Below, piece after piece: positions 1-10,474 of a DNA stretch of 64,000 nt. The first letter of the stretch is position 1; every line of letters begins with the position of its first letter. The DNA comes from an uncultured Alphaproteobacteria bacterium (GTDB lineage: Bacteria > Pseudomonadota > Alphaproteobacteria > MPNO01 > UBA830). Position numbers and translations under genes: made by a program. A model generated the notes under the pieces. It did not search any database. It was not told where the DNA came from and saw nothing but the letters and a program-made list of their open reading frames with translations. The stretch spans positions 6,493 to 70,492 of the forward strand of contig CAJWSW010000006.1 of NCBI GenBank assembly GCA_913046035.1. Direction: 5' to 3'.

Positions 1-1622
1 ATTGGGTTATCCACAATTAGCTTGTCATTGTCGAAGCCGAACAACTCAGCCGTCTGACGCTTCATAAATGAAAATGTGACCGCCTCAGTCATTCCACCCG
101 CCGCCAATGCCCGTCGGGTGGCGGACTCACGTCGCTGACTAGACGACCAAGCGGGCGCGGCAACGGTATTGCCTCGGGTCAAAGGTACCGCGGGAATATT
201 ATCGTATCCATTTATGCGAAGGACCTCTTCTACGAGATCAGCCTCGCCGTCGATATCTTGGCGCCAGGAAGGGATGGAAGTTCGGATGGTCTCGCCCTCG
301 TCTACAGGGTCGAAGCCTAAATCTTCGAGGATGCGGATCTGCTCGTCATCGGGTATGCTCATGCCGCCCAACGCCGCCACACGTGCTTTGCGCAACGTGA
401 CCTCCCGCTGCCATGCGGGCATCTCGCCAGCGATCGTCAGCTCCGATGCCTCACCGCCACAGAGGTCAAGAATCATCCGGGTTGCGACATTAGCCCCCCA
501 GTATACACTTTCGGGATCAACCCCCCGCTCGAAACGGTAGCGTGCATCCGACATGATGCCCAGTTTTCGGCCGGATGTGGCGGTGCGAACAGGGTCGAAT
601 AACGCAACCTCAAGAAAAACGTCTGTGGTCTCCTCGGTCACACCTGTGACCTCGCCACCCATAATTCCCCCAATTCCCTCGACACCGTTTTCGTCTGCAA
701 TAACAGTGATGGTGTCATCGAGTTCATACTCCTCGCCATCAAGCGCCATGACCTTTTCACTGTCTCTAGCAAAGCGCATGGTTACATTTCCTCTCACCTT
801 TGACGCGTCGAACACATGCAACGGTCGCGCCAAATCGAAGGTGATATAATTGGTAATATCTACAAGTGCCGAAATCGGGCGAAGACCAATCGCACGCAGT
901 CGATCTTGGAGCCATTGCGGGCTAGGCCCGTTTTTTATTCCGCGGAAATATCGACCCACTACCAAAGGGCATGCATCGACCCCATTTGCAGGTAGTTCGC
1001 GTTGCCATTTAATAATCGGCTCAAATGAGCCTTTTACTTCTGGCGCGTAAAGGGGTTTCAGTTTGCCAAGGCCTGCTGCCGCCAGGTCCCGGGCTATGCC
1101 GCGAACACCAGCACAATCCTGGCGATTGGGGGTAAGACCAATTTCGATCATCGGGTCGCTAAGCCCTAATGCATCGGCAGCAGGAGAACCTACTTCGGTC
1201 TCTTCAGGTAATTCGACGATGCCTTCATGATTATCAGATAAACCCATCTCGCGTTCAGACAGCAACATCCCGTTAGAATGCTCACCACGAATCTTGCTTT
1301 TTTTAAGTGTCACATCGATTCCAGGGATATAAGCACCCGCTGCAGCGAACACCCCTTTCATTCCTGCCCGCGCGTTAGGTGCTCCGCAAACGACCTGTAC
1401 CGGTTCGCTACCTCCAAAATCAACCATGCAAACCCGCAAGCGATCGGCGTTCGGATGTTTTTCGGCAGAAAGAATGCTTGCAGCGCAAAAGGAGACCAAC
1501 GCTTCAGCACGGTCATGCACGCCTTCGACCTCTAACCCAATCATCGATAGTTTTTCGATAATATCGGAGAGTGGTCGATCAGTGTCGAGATGCTCTTTCA
1601 GCCAGTCGAGGGTAAATTTCAT
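1..1622 (-). CDS. pheT: Phenylalanine-tRNA ligase beta subunit (3' end runs off the window)
   Basis: Minus strand from ATG at 1622 reads MKFTLDWLKEHL...; ATGA overlap with the pheS stop; not in the ORF track because it is open at the window edge. Confidence 0.95.
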   Translation of the reverse strand, partial: MKFTLDWLKEHLDTDRPLSDIIEKLSMIGLEVEGVHDRAEALVSFCAASILSAEKHPNADRLRVCMVDFGGSEPVQVVCGAPNARAGMKGVFAAAGAYIPGIDVTLKKSKIRGEHSNGMLLSEREMGLSDNHEGIVELPEETEVGSPAADALGLSDPMIEIGLTPNRQDCAGVRGIARDLAAAGLGKLKPLYAPEVKGSFEPIIKWQRELPANGVDACPLVVGRYFRGIKNGPSPQWLQDRLRAIGLRPISALVDITNYITFDLARPLHVFDASKVRGNVTMRFARDSEKVMALDGEEYELDDTITVIADENGVEGIGGIMGGEVTGVTEETTDVFLEVALFDPVRTATSGRKLGIMSDARYRFERGVDPESVYWGANVATRMILDLCGGEASELTIAGEMPAWQREVTLRKARVAALGGMSIPDDEQIRILEDLGFDPVDEGETIRTSIPSWRQDIDGEADLVEEVLRINGYDNIPAVPLTRGNTVAAPAWSSSQRRESATRRALAAGGMTEAVTFSFMKRQTAELFGFDNDKLIVDNP

Positions 1623-2692
1623 CCGACCAGCCCTGCCGCAACATTCGGCACATCTAAGGGCACGAAGCCGTAATGTTTAAGCCACCGAATATCGGAATCG
1701 TAAAATGTACGTAGATCCGGAATACCGTATTTCAACATTGCCGCACGCTCAATTCCAAGACCAAAGGCGAAGCCCTGGTATTGCATCGGATTAATCCCAC
1801 AGTTTTCCAGCACACGCGGATTTACCATGCCACAGCCAAGGATTTCCAGCCATTCAGCCCCTGCACCTATCTTCAGACCGCCGCCCTCTCGTGAGCAGCC
1901 AATATCCACCTCAGCCGACGGCTCAGTAAATGGAAAATATGAGGGACGGAACCGCACAGGCAAATCATCCACATCAAAAAACGCACGACAGAATTCCTCG
2001 AGGCACCCCCTTAAATGCCCCATATGTGTCGCCTTATCGATTACCAGACCTTCGATTTGGTGGAACATCGGAGAATGTGTAGCATCGTGATCAGCACGGA
2101 ATGTTCTGCCCGGCACTACGATGCGGATGGGCGGTTTTTCGTTGACCATAGTGCGTATCTGAACTGGGGATGTATGCGTGCGCAGCACTTTGCGTTCACC
2201 ATCTTCACCTGCGGGAAGATAGAAGGTGTCGTGGTCCTGGCGAGCCGGGTGTTCAGGCGGGATATTTAAAGCAGTAAAATTATTGAAGTCGGTCTCAATG
2301 TGTGGACCTTCCGCAACGGTGAATCCCATTTCGCAGAAAATTGCAACCATCTCGTCGATCGTCTGGCTTATTGGGTGGATGCGGCCTGCACTCGCCGGCC
2401 GCTGTGGCAGCGTAACATCAATCCGATCGGCAGCGAGGCCAGCGTCCAATGCCTCTGCTTCCAGCACCTCTTTGCGCGCGTCTATCGCATCTGCAATTGT
2501 ATTTTTAAGAACGTTCAGCTGTTGTCCCGCGCTTCGGCGATCCTCCGGCTTTAACTGTCCAATGCCCTTCACCATTTCAGTAATAGTACCGGACCTACCT
2601 AACGCTAGGACACGCAGATCTTCCAATGCTTCCAGATCCGCGGCCTTTACCTGTGAAAGCAGATCGTCCCTGAGTTCATCAAGATTTTCCAT
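1619..2692 (-). CDS. pheS: Phenylalanine-tRNA ligase alpha subunit
   Basis: HPAR..HDTFY, LRTHTSPVQ, FRPSYFPFTEPS and GFAFGLGIER motifs; start placed at MENLDEL (2692). Confidence 0.97.
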   Translation of the reverse strand: MENLDELRDDLLSQVKAADLEALEDLRVLALGRSGTITEMVKGIGQLKPEDRRSAGQQLNVLKNTIADAIDARKEVLEAEALDAGLAADRIDVTLPQRPASAGRIHPISQTIDEMVAIFCEMGFTVAEGPHIETDFNNFTALNIPPEHPARQDHDTFYLPAGEDGERKVLRTHTSPVQIRTMVNEKPPIRIVVPGRTFRADHDATHSPMFHQIEGLVIDKATHMGHLRGCLEEFCRAFFDVDDLPVRFRPSYFPFTEPSAEVDIGCSREGGGLKIGAGAEWLEILGCGMVNPRVLENCGINPMQYQGFAFGLGIERAAMLKYGIPDLRTFYDSDIRWLKHYGFVPLDVPNVAAGLVG

Positions 2693-2752
2693 AGCAAACC
2701 ACCGGCGGGATTTTCTTTGGCCGCCCAAACATTTGTTAATAAAATTCAGATG

Positions 2753-3118
2753 CTAACCGGCGTTGTTGAGGGCGGCTTTTGCCTGTTCTACAACGCTGCC
2801 AAACGCCTCCGGCTCTTGGGCTGCGAGATCAGCAAGCACCTTGCGGTCAAGCGCGATGCCCGCCTTACTAAGCCCATGCATAAACTGGGAATAAGTTAGT
2901 CCGTGCTGGCGCGCGCCCGCATTGATCCGCTGAATCCAAAGCGCGCGGAAATTACGCTTTTTAACCCGACGATCACGGTAGGCATATTGCCCGGCTTTTT
3001 CGACCTTCTCCACCGCAACACGAAAAACTTTTGAGTTCCGCCCGCGATAACCCTTAGCCTTTTTTAATACCTTCTTATGGCGGGCGTGCGTTGTGACGCC
3101 GCGTTTAACTCGTGCCAT
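2753..3118 (-). CDS. rplT: 50S ribosomal protein L20
   Basis: MARVKRGV...YAYRDRR...[10 protein letters not shown]. Confidence 0.99.
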   Translation of the reverse strand: MARVKRGVTTHARHKKVLKKAKGYRGRNSKVFRVAVEKVEKAGQYAYRDRRVKKRNFRALWIQRINAGARQHGLTYSQFMHGLSKAGIALDRKVLADLAAQEPEAFGSVVEQAKAALNNAG

Positions 3119-3130
3119 CTCAAATCTCCT

Positions 3131-3331
3131 TTATTTCGCGTAGGGCAGGTAGGACTTGACGATTTTCGCGTCTGCATCCGACAAAATCTGGGTCCCGCGA
3201 GTATTGCGCTTCATCTTCTGGGTACGTTTACGGAGATTGTGACGTTTTTTTGCGAAATTAGACCTGACTTTTCCGGTCCCTGTCGTGCGGAAACGCTTCT
3301 TAGCGCCGCTTTTCGACTTTAACTTGGGCAT
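3131..3331 (-). CDS. rpmI: 50S ribosomal protein L35
   Basis: [23 protein letters not shown]; directly upstream of rplT. Confidence 0.99.
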   Translation of the reverse strand: MPKLKSKSGAKKRFRTTGTGKVRSNFAKKRHNLRKRTQKMKRNTRGTQILSDADAKIVKSYLPYAK

Positions 3332-3390
3332 TTTCGTCTCCTTTATTTATACCGCCATCGTAGGTTATTTCATGCGGTACTGACGTCGCA

Positions 3391-3429
3391 TGAGCGGTCC
3401 CGGCATGCCCTTACAGGCCGGACCACTCT
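3391..3429 (-). promoter_or_regulatory. Structured 5' leader hairpin of the rpmI-rplT mRNA (candidate L20 autoregulatory element)
   Basis: Minus strand GAGTGGTCCGGC...GCCGGGACCGCTC inverted repeat with a GGCATGCC core, between the promoter and rpmI. Confidence 0.45.
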
Positions 3430-3443
3430 TCTCAAGGACGCGG

Positions 3444-3472
3444 GTTATAAAGGCTTAGCGGCTGGAGTGCAA
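3444..3472 (-). promoter_or_regulatory. Sigma70-type promoter for rpmI-rplT-pheS-pheT
   Basis: TTGCAC-N17-TATAAC on the minus strand. Confidence 0.65.
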
Positions 3473-3593
3473 GAACCAGGGAAAGGAAGTCGCGCTGGGA
3501 TTTCCCTAATTCTGTTCAGTAAAAACCAAAAAATTTCGGGTTTTTAAACGCCTATGTCCAAATAGGTTCCTAACGCATGTCTCAAAACTTAGT

Positions 3594-3914
3594 TTAGATC
3601 GCGGACTGGATCCACTCAACGAGTTTACCCTTCGGCAAAGCGCCAACCTTGGTTGCCGCGACCTCACCATCCTTAAATAGCATTAGCGTTGGTATTCCAC
3701 GCACCCCATATTTTGACGGCGTCATAGGATTTTCATCGATATTGACTTTAGCAACAATAAGCGCGTCACCCATTTCGTCCGAGATCTCTTCTAGGGAAGG
3801 GCCGATCTGCTTGCATGGACCGCACCATTCCGCCCAAAAGTCTACAAGGACCGGACTATCGGCGGCCAGAACGTCGGTTTCGAATGAGTCGTCTGAGACT
3901 GATTTACTCGACAT
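3594..3914 (-). CDS. trxA: Thioredoxin
   Basis: [12 protein letters not shown] active site; usual position after addA. Confidence 0.98.
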   Translation of the reverse strand: MSSKSVSDDSFETDVLAADSPVLVDFWAEWCGPCKQIGPSLEEISDEMGDALIVAKVNIDENPMTPSKYGVRGIPTLMLFKDGEVAATKVGALPKGKLVEWIQSAI

Positions 3915-4026
3915 TTGTGTTGCTCCTCTCTCTAACTTGATGGACCCTTACAATCAAAGGAAATGTGCCTCTTAAATTCTAAAATTCCATCAGCGAGCCT
4001 CAAGTTAAGGACACGCTGGAAAGGGG

Positions 4027-7000
4027 TCAAGGTTCATGGATATCCAACAATTGTGCGTCTAATGGCATTAAGAAAGGCCCGAGAGTCCACACCAAAACGC
4101 ACTCAACCTGATGTATTGTATATATTTTTCGCAATAATGCACGGTAGGCCGCCATCTGCGCAAGGTATAGGTTTGGTACTTCTGAGGGTTTCCGAGGCGG
4201 TGGACGATTCGTCTTAAAATCTAAAATTTTTACTTTTTTCGGTCCAATCACGATACGGTCAATGCGACCAGAAATAGTTATACCACCCACTACGCCGGTG
4301 ACCGACACTTCGGCGCGAGAGCCTGGACCAAACAAATCGGCGCAATATGGATCATCTATCACAGCAAGCGTCTCAGCAATCAATTCGTCAATTCTATCGG
4401 GTGTCAGGTCGTGCAACGGGCGTGCGAGATAAGCTCTTGCCGCATCTGCGCGATCGGCCTCTGCAACATCGGGAAGTGTTTGTAATAAACGATGTACCAG
4501 TAGTCCGCGCTGAAAAGCCAGCCCGCGATCGTCGCCCATAGGGGAACGGGGCGCAGGCTCCGGCAACGCGGGGCGCGATGGCGCGAGTGGTCGGGACGGC
4601 TTCGGTTCCTCGGGGGCAGGCGTGTCAGCCCAGCTAGGCAAGCCCGGGACAGTTCCGGGCGAAACATTATCCGCGCCTCTCCTGTCAGGATCCACGCTCT
4701 GGGGTGTTTCCAAGCGCAGCCCGCGGCCATGCCAGGCAATATCGACGTCATCGTACGGTCCATCGGGATGTGAATTGAAAGCGAAAGGCTGCGCGATTGG
4801 TTCCAAACCGCGGGAAATAATATTCCACCAGGCATTTTCCGGGGCAGCGCGCCGCGCACCGTACCCAGCAATATAAAGCCGGTCTTCGGCACGCGTCATC
4901 GCCACATAGAGCAGACGCCTGTATTCCTGATCCTGACGCCTACGCTGTTCAGATGCTAAATTCTTGGCCTTGCGTTCCCGCACCCGCGATCGTGGAGCCC
5001 ATAGCAGCACGTCCGCAGCCTGGCCTTCGGCATCACTTTCTGTGTTCCACATTAACCCATTGTCTGGCAACGGCACTTGCATAGTATCCGCCAAAATCAC
5101 CACCGGGGCTTGTAGGCCTTTAGCGCCGTGCACAGTCATTATGCGAACCTCATCGCGTTGCCCTTGTTCAAGATCGCGCTTTATCTCTGCGTCGCCCTCT
5201 TCCAACCAACGCAAAAAACCCTGCAAGGAAGGCGTATGCGTTTGTTCGAAAGCGAGCGCTAGTGCCAAGAACTCATCAATCGGATCGTTCGCTTCTTTTC
5301 GCAAACGAGCCAACAAAAGTGCTCGACCCTCCATGGGACCAAGGATATGCGCGAAAAATTCATATGGAGGGGAAAGGTCAGCCCGAGAAAGTACATCGCT
5401 AAGCTTACGTTGAGCCGCGGCACATTCTGAATCGGTGCGCGCCAAACGACGCAATGATGCCCAAACGGTGCCGTTGCGCTGATGGCAGATTTCAAAAAGC
5501 TTTGACTCATTGAGGCCAATTAATGGCCCCTTTAGCACAGCGGCGAGATTGAGATCGTCTTGAGGCATCAGAGCAAATGCGCCGAGAGCCACCAAATCCT
5601 GCACTGCTAGCTGATCAGTCAATACCATGCGATCGAGGCCTGCGACATTAACACCCCGATTTTTTAGTTGCCCGATTAACTTATCCACAAAATCAGTACG
5701 CCGCCGCACCAACACCATAATGTCGCCCGGCCTCAGGGGCCGATCTGCACTTGGCAGTCTTTCTCCCTCCGATATCCAACGAGATATCCGCCAAGCAATC
5801 GAATGTGCCAATCTAAACGCAGGTGTTAAAGTCCTCTCATTCGGGTCGAAAATTTCCCACGCCGCCGGTTTAACACTATCCCCCGGGACAACAGGCGGCC
5901 ACATTTCCACCACCCCCGCCTGACCGCGGCGGTGTGCTTTGTGCCTTATGTCAGTAATCGATACTCCATCGCGAGTGATTGGGTCTGCAAAGACCGCATC
6001 AACCGCCTGAAGAATGGCGGAGGTAGACCGGAATGAGACATCAAGTGGCACACGGTGCCATTTCTTACCTGCGTCAGTGACCCGCTTTTCGAAATAGTCG
6101 CTCATTGCCGCAAACTGATCTGGCGCAGCACCCTGAAAACTAAAGATCGATTGCTTCTCGTCGCCTACCGCGAAAATGGAACGTTCAATCTCGCTCGCAC
6201 CAATCCCAGCATGAAATTCATCGGCAATAGCGCGCACCACGGCCCACTGATCAGCATTACTATCTTGGGCTTCATCGATCAGTATGTGGTCAATTCCCCC
6301 ATCTAGCTTAAAAAGAACCCAGGGCGCTGCCCTTTCCACCAGCGACCGGGCCCGCAGGATCAGGTCGTCATAGTCTAGCAAGGCGCAGCGACGCTTTTGC
6401 TCCTCGTACCGGCTTATGAGCGCCGTACCGATAAGGAGGATCGCCTCGGTTGCCTCAACTGTCAGGATCGCTTTGCACCTCTCTCGCACCTCAAGAATCC
6501 GTTTGGCCTCTTGCTCCAAGACATCAACGATATCGGACATAGTTTTGACTGCGCCCTTGCTAGCGAGATTAGCCCGAATAGTTCCGCCGGCCGTAAGATA
6601 CGCCATCGAATAGGCTTCGAAATCAGCGATACGTTGTTCAGTGTCGCCAGCCAGCCATGTCGTTATAATATTTGCTTTTTCCTTGTCCTGCTTTCCCCCG
6701 ACCGACAGTGCTGTCGCTGCTCCTCGCAATCTGATGTCATCGATAGCGGTATCGATAGCTGCACTTTGCAACAGAGCATCAACAGTTTCTTCAGCAGCCA
6801 CCTCTAACAAGGCTTTGGTTGCTCGAACCGCACCTTTGGGCCCGTCATGAGATGAAATCAAACGATGCAGACGCCCACGTTTTGACGAAATCGCGGCCAT
6901 TAGATCCGCGAATTCATCCTCATGAACCCAGTAGGTAACAACACTGAGCGCATTAGCTAACGCCTCGTCGGTTCCTCTCCGCGCGGCATCCAGTATCTCA

Positions 7001-7515
7001 TCGCGTGCAATCAACAAATATTCCGCCGCGGTGCGTTCATCCATTACTTCAAAATATGGTGCAATACCGGCTTCTATTGGAAAGCGGCCAAGCAATGATT
7101 CACAAAATGCATGAATAGTTTGTATCTTCAACCCACCCGGCGTATCGAGTACCTCGGCAAACAAACGCTGAGCAATGCGGCGGCTGGCCGGTGTTGGCGC
7201 CTCGCCGGTGAGGCCTGTAATGGCGACATCGAGTTCCGTTTCTGCCATCACCGCCCATTCGCCTAACAAGTTACGAATGCGGTTCTGCATCTCCGCCGCA
7301 GCGGCGCGGGTAAAGGTAAGGCACAGAACCTTATCGGCAGGACTCCCTTGCAGCAGCAGCCTTAGGACGCGGTCAGCTAAAACCTTGGTTTTACCCGACC
7401 CGGCTGAGGCAGACACCCACACAGATGCGTCAGGCGTCGCCGCTATAGTTTGTGACCTTGTCTTTACGAAAGTCCCAGGCCCGTGGTCCTTATTTTTATA
7501 GACTGCCTCAGTCAT
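4027..7515 (-). CDS. addA: Double-strand break repair helicase/nuclease AddA
   Basis: Walker A ASAGSGKT, IDEAQD, TVHGAKGL, YVAMTRA, C-terminal GRIDRI..DFKT nuclease; start at MTEAV overlapping the addB stop. Confidence 0.96.
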   Translation of the reverse strand: MTEAVYKNKDHGPGTFVKTRSQTIAATPDASVWVSASAGSGKTKVLADRVLRLLLQGSPADKVLCLTFTRAAAAEMQNRIRNLLGEWAVMAETELDVAITGLTGEAPTPASRRIAQRLFAEVLDTPGGLKIQTIHAFCESLLGRFPIEAGIAPYFEVMDERTAAEYLLIARDEILDAARRGTDEALANALSVVTYWVHEDEFADLMAAISSKRGRLHRLISSHDGPKGAVRATKALLEVAAEETVDALLQSAAIDTAIDDIRLRGAATALSVGGKQDKEKANIITTWLAGDTEQRIADFEAYSMAYLTAGGTIRANLASKGAVKTMSDIVDVLEQEAKRILEVRERCKAILTVEATEAILLIGTALISRYEEQKRRCALLDYDDLILRARSLVERAAPWVLFKLDGGIDHILIDEAQDSNADQWAVVRAIADEFHAGIGASEIERSIFAVGDEKQSIFSFQGAAPDQFAAMSDYFEKRVTDAGKKWHRVPLDVSFRSTSAILQAVDAVFADPITRDGVSITDIRHKAHRRGQAGVVEMWPPVVPGDSVKPAAWEIFDPNERTLTPAFRLAHSIAWRISRWISEGERLPSADRPLRPGDIMVLVRRRTDFVDKLIGQLKNRGVNVAGLDRMVLTDQLAVQDLVALGAFALMPQDDLNLAAVLKGPLIGLNESKLFEICHQRNGTVWASLRRLARTDSECAAAQRKLSDVLSRADLSPPYEFFAHILGPMEGRALLLARLRKEANDPIDEFLALALAFEQTHTPSLQGFLRWLEEGDAEIKRDLEQGQRDEVRIMTVHGAKGLQAPVVILADTMQVPLPDNGLMWNTESDAEGQAADVLLWAPRSRVRERKAKNLASEQRRRQDQEYRRLLYVAMTRAEDRLYIAGYGARRAAPENAWWNIISRGLEPIAQPFAFNSHPDGPYDDVDIAWHGRGLRLETPQSVDPDRRGADNVSPGTVPGLPSWADTPAPEEPKPSRPLAPSRPALPEPAPRSPMGDDRGLAFQRGLLVHRLLQTLPDVAEADRADAARAYLARPLHDLTPDRIDELIAETLAVIDDPYCADLFGPGSRAEVSVTGVVGGITISGRIDRIVIGPKKVKILDFKTNRPPPRKPSEVPNLYLAQMAAYRALLRKIYTIHQVECVLVWTLGPFLMPLDAQLLDIHEP

Positions 7516-10474
7516 AAGCTGACGACCACTCTTGCAGCCGCTCCAGATGCTCAAACTCTGAATGCCGCGGCGCGATTTCTGGATCAGGTCGCACGACGTA
7601 CGTTGTTTCAGGATCATCATAGTGTTCCAACAGGGAAATCAGCCCAGACAGTGCCTGTTTTGCAAGAGCTAAAGGGTTATCACCTGCATCGCGGATTTCG
7701 CCCGCAGGATCACCACCGGATAGTTTCCAATACTTCAAAGCAGTCACATCACCGGGTGGAACATCATCGAACGCTCCGTGGGCAATCATCGCAGCCTCCA
7801 ACGGAAGCTGAGGTGACACGCCAACGTTGACTTCCTTTTTTGAGGGGATTGCACCGGTCTTATAATCAACAATTTCGTAGCTGCCGTCTTCCAATTCTTC
7901 GATACGGTCGGCACGGGCGCGCAACTTAAAACACTTTCCACCTCGGTAAATATTCAGAGTACCCTCAACCTCCGAATGTCGGCGCTTTGTTGTGGTTGCG
8001 CGCTCCTTTTCGAGTGCGATCACCCATTCAGCTATACGCTCGAACCGCGGCCACCAGAATGCGCGAATGCCCGGACGATCTATCCACGGCGCAAATTCGG
8101 CCTCGCCAATCGCTAGCAATCGGGATAGTGCTTTTTCGCCTGTAGTGTCGCCTGTCTCACGAATAAAACGATCTATAGCAGTGTGAATTATCGATCCTCT
8201 TTCAGCGGCACCAGGGTCGGCATCAAGCGGTTCGAGCGCCGAAAGCTCCAATATTCGCCGGGCATAAATGGCGTAAGGATCGCGCAATAAAGTCTCAATT
8301 TCTGTCACTGAAAACCTATCGGGTCGCGCGTCGGGGGGCGGGACAGGGGCTGGCGCCGTGGCAGGCGATACATCGCCTCGGGCATCGATCGCATTTTGCC
8401 AGGCTAGCCATTTCTCTTGCTCGCCGGCCCAACGGTTAAGCACATCGCGCCCACCATTATGGGCAGACAAAAGCGTTTCTATACGCGTAAGCCATCGAGC
8501 TGGAACCGTGGGTGAACCATCAATTCTAGTGGATCGCGTAACCACGGCATCTGGTGCAGCTATAGCCTGGACGAAATCGTGCGCCGTTAGCCCAATACGT
8601 CGCTCTTGAGAAGCAAGACCGAAAACTTCCCGCATCGGCCGACTCATCCATGGGTCGTTGGCAGGTTCAGGCGGCCACACGCCCTCGTTTAGCCCCCCTA
8701 AGATAACCAAATCAGCCTGTTGCAGTCGGGCCTCAAGTAGGCCCCAAATATTGAGCCGCGGGTGTCTACCATATTGCGGACGCACCACCAAACCCTCCAT
8801 CATTACATCCAACAAAGCAGGCCAATCGCGCCCTGCGATCGGTGGCAAGGCCTCTATGCCAGCGCGAAGGTCGTTAATCAGGGCCGCTGCGCTTTCACCC
8901 GCATCGCCACCCCATAACCGTTCAAAGCCGGCTTGATCGTTCGACGCCGCCAATTTCTCCGCGAAAGCGATATGAGCATCAAGTAGTTCAATTGCCGCAA
9001 CGTTTCGGCTGGCTATTAGCTCAGTCAATGGGCTTGCCATTTCAGCAAGGGCCTCCATCCAAAGTGTTAGTTCCGCTTTTGCTCCCATGTGCATTAGTCG
9101 TGCATGCAGACCCCAAAAACCCGGCGCTGGCCTGGGCCCCCGAAGTATCGCGATTTCCATTTCCCGCACCCGGTCACGGAACCCGCCCGCATCCATCCCA
9201 GCCGCTGCTAACGGATGCTTCAGGGCTGCCAGCACCGGAACCGGTGCAGCATCGCTCGCCACAGCACTCACGGTCAGGCGCAAAAAGACACCAGGCACAG
9301 TTTCAGAAATCGGCGTGCCCCCTGAGTCATCGATATCAATACCCCATCGGCGCAACTCAGAGGCCACGCGGCGTGCTAAGCGCCGGTCAGGCGTGATCAG
9401 GGCGGCGGTGCGCGAAGGCTCCTCCAACACTTCGCGCATCATGAGAGAGATAGAAAGCGCTTCCTGCTGTGGGCCGGGCACAGAAATAACACGGACATGC
9501 GAGAATGCAGCGTCGAGGTCGACTGTTGGGGCCTTCATCAATGCTGTCGCAGGCGGACGCAACGCAGCGTTTAAAGCATCAACGAAGCCCGACTCACCGG
9601 CATCGGAGCGTCCCCAAGGCAATACGTCAGCAATATCAAAATTCATCCGTTTTAGCAGGCTTATCATCCCGAATTGCGGATGGCCTGGCCCAAGTGCTTT
9701 AAGACTTTCATCGTCGAGCGTCTGGTCAAGGCCGGGCAACACAATCGTTCCATTCGATAGTGACGCAACAAAGCACAATAGATCTGCAGTCGCAGGAATA
9801 CTGCCGGTCGATCCCGCTGCAATAACGGGTCCAGTTGGTGGGTCAGACTGCCAAAGTGCGATTAGCGCCTCAATGAGGCGATTACGCCGGTCTGCCGGAT
9901 CGATACATCCCTGCTCCGCCAGAATCGATGGCCAGTTTGAGCTTACAATTTTTAGGAATTCGAGGGTCTCTTGCCAATGACCCGCAAACCGTTCTGGGAC
10001 TATTTGCGCAAGTTTAGAAAAATCCAGCCGTTCAGTTTGCGCTTCGTCGAGCAGACGAGCAAGTTCTCTCGCCAACAAAGCCGCATGGGCAACGGATACA
10101 TCCTCGTTACCGGCCATTATCAGGCGCGACAAAAGTAGCTGCCGCCGCAAAATCGGGATCGCAGGAGGTACGTTAAATTTCGAGATGATTGCCGGCTCCA
10201 CGGTCCCTAAAGGACCCAACTCATCATCGTCTAAATCACCGATGGGCGTCATTACCGGCAATAGGATTGGTGCACCGCCGGTCACTCGCAAAAAGGCGTC
10301 GCCCAATGCCCTGCAGGATCTCCGAGTAGGTAATAGAACACGGACGTCCGCAAGCGTTTCTGGATCGGCGCCGTAACGGTCCAGGATCCCGGCCGCCAGC
10401 GTGTCAAGAAACGCCGTCCCCGACTTTATGGTGTGAATACCGCCAGCAGGAACACGAACGCAGCTTGACATCAA
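7508..10474 (-). CDS. addB: Double-strand break repair protein AddB
   Basis: LPTRR, AAGSTGSIPATA, C-terminal RADRI..VDYKTG nuclease; paired with addA. Confidence 0.95.
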   Translation of the reverse strand: MMSSCVRVPAGGIHTIKSGTAFLDTLAAGILDRYGADPETLADVRVLLPTRRSCRALGDAFLRVTGGAPILLPVMTPIGDLDDDELGPLGTVEPAIISKFNVPPAIPILRRQLLLSRLIMAGNEDVSVAHAALLARELARLLDEAQTERLDFSKLAQIVPERFAGHWQETLEFLKIVSSNWPSILAEQGCIDPADRRNRLIEALIALWQSDPPTGPVIAAGSTGSIPATADLLCFVASLSNGTIVLPGLDQTLDDESLKALGPGHPQFGMISLLKRMNFDIADVLPWGRSDAGESGFVDALNAALRPPATALMKAPTVDLDAAFSHVRVISVPGPQQEALSISLMMREVLEEPSRTAALITPDRRLARRVASELRRWGIDIDDSGGTPISETVPGVFLRLTVSAVASDAAPVPVLAALKHPLAAAGMDAGGFRDRVREMEIAILRGPRPAPGFWGLHARLMHMGAKAELTLWMEALAEMASPLTELIASRNVAAIELLDAHIAFAEKLAASNDQAGFERLWGGDAGESAAALINDLRAGIEALPPIAGRDWPALLDVMMEGLVVRPQYGRHPRLNIWGLLEARLQQADLVILGGLNEGVWPPEPANDPWMSRPMREVFGLASQERRIGLTAHDFVQAIAAPDAVVTRSTRIDGSPTVPARWLTRIETLLSAHNGGRDVLNRWAGEQEKWLAWQNAIDARGDVSPATAPAPVPPPDARPDRFSVTEIETLLRDPYAIYARRILELSALEPLDADPGAAERGSIIHTAIDRFIRETGDTTGEKALSRLLAIGEAEFAPWIDRPGIRAFWWPRFERIAEWVIALEKERATTTKRRHSEVEGTLNIYRGGKCFKLRARADRIEELEDGSYEIVDYKTGAIPSKKEVNVGVSPQLPLEAAMIAHGAFDDVPPGDVTALKYWKLSGGDPAGEIRDAGDNPLALAKQALSGLISLLEHYDDPETTYVVRPDPEIAPRHSEFEHLERLQEWSSAYD

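Noticed and set aside
9087..9980. 297-aa plus-strand ORF and the many other antisense ORFs in the track
   Set aside because: They lie opposite well-supported genes (addB, addA, pheT, acnA and others), are Ser/Arg/Pro-rich and have no recognisable motifs; shadow ORFs
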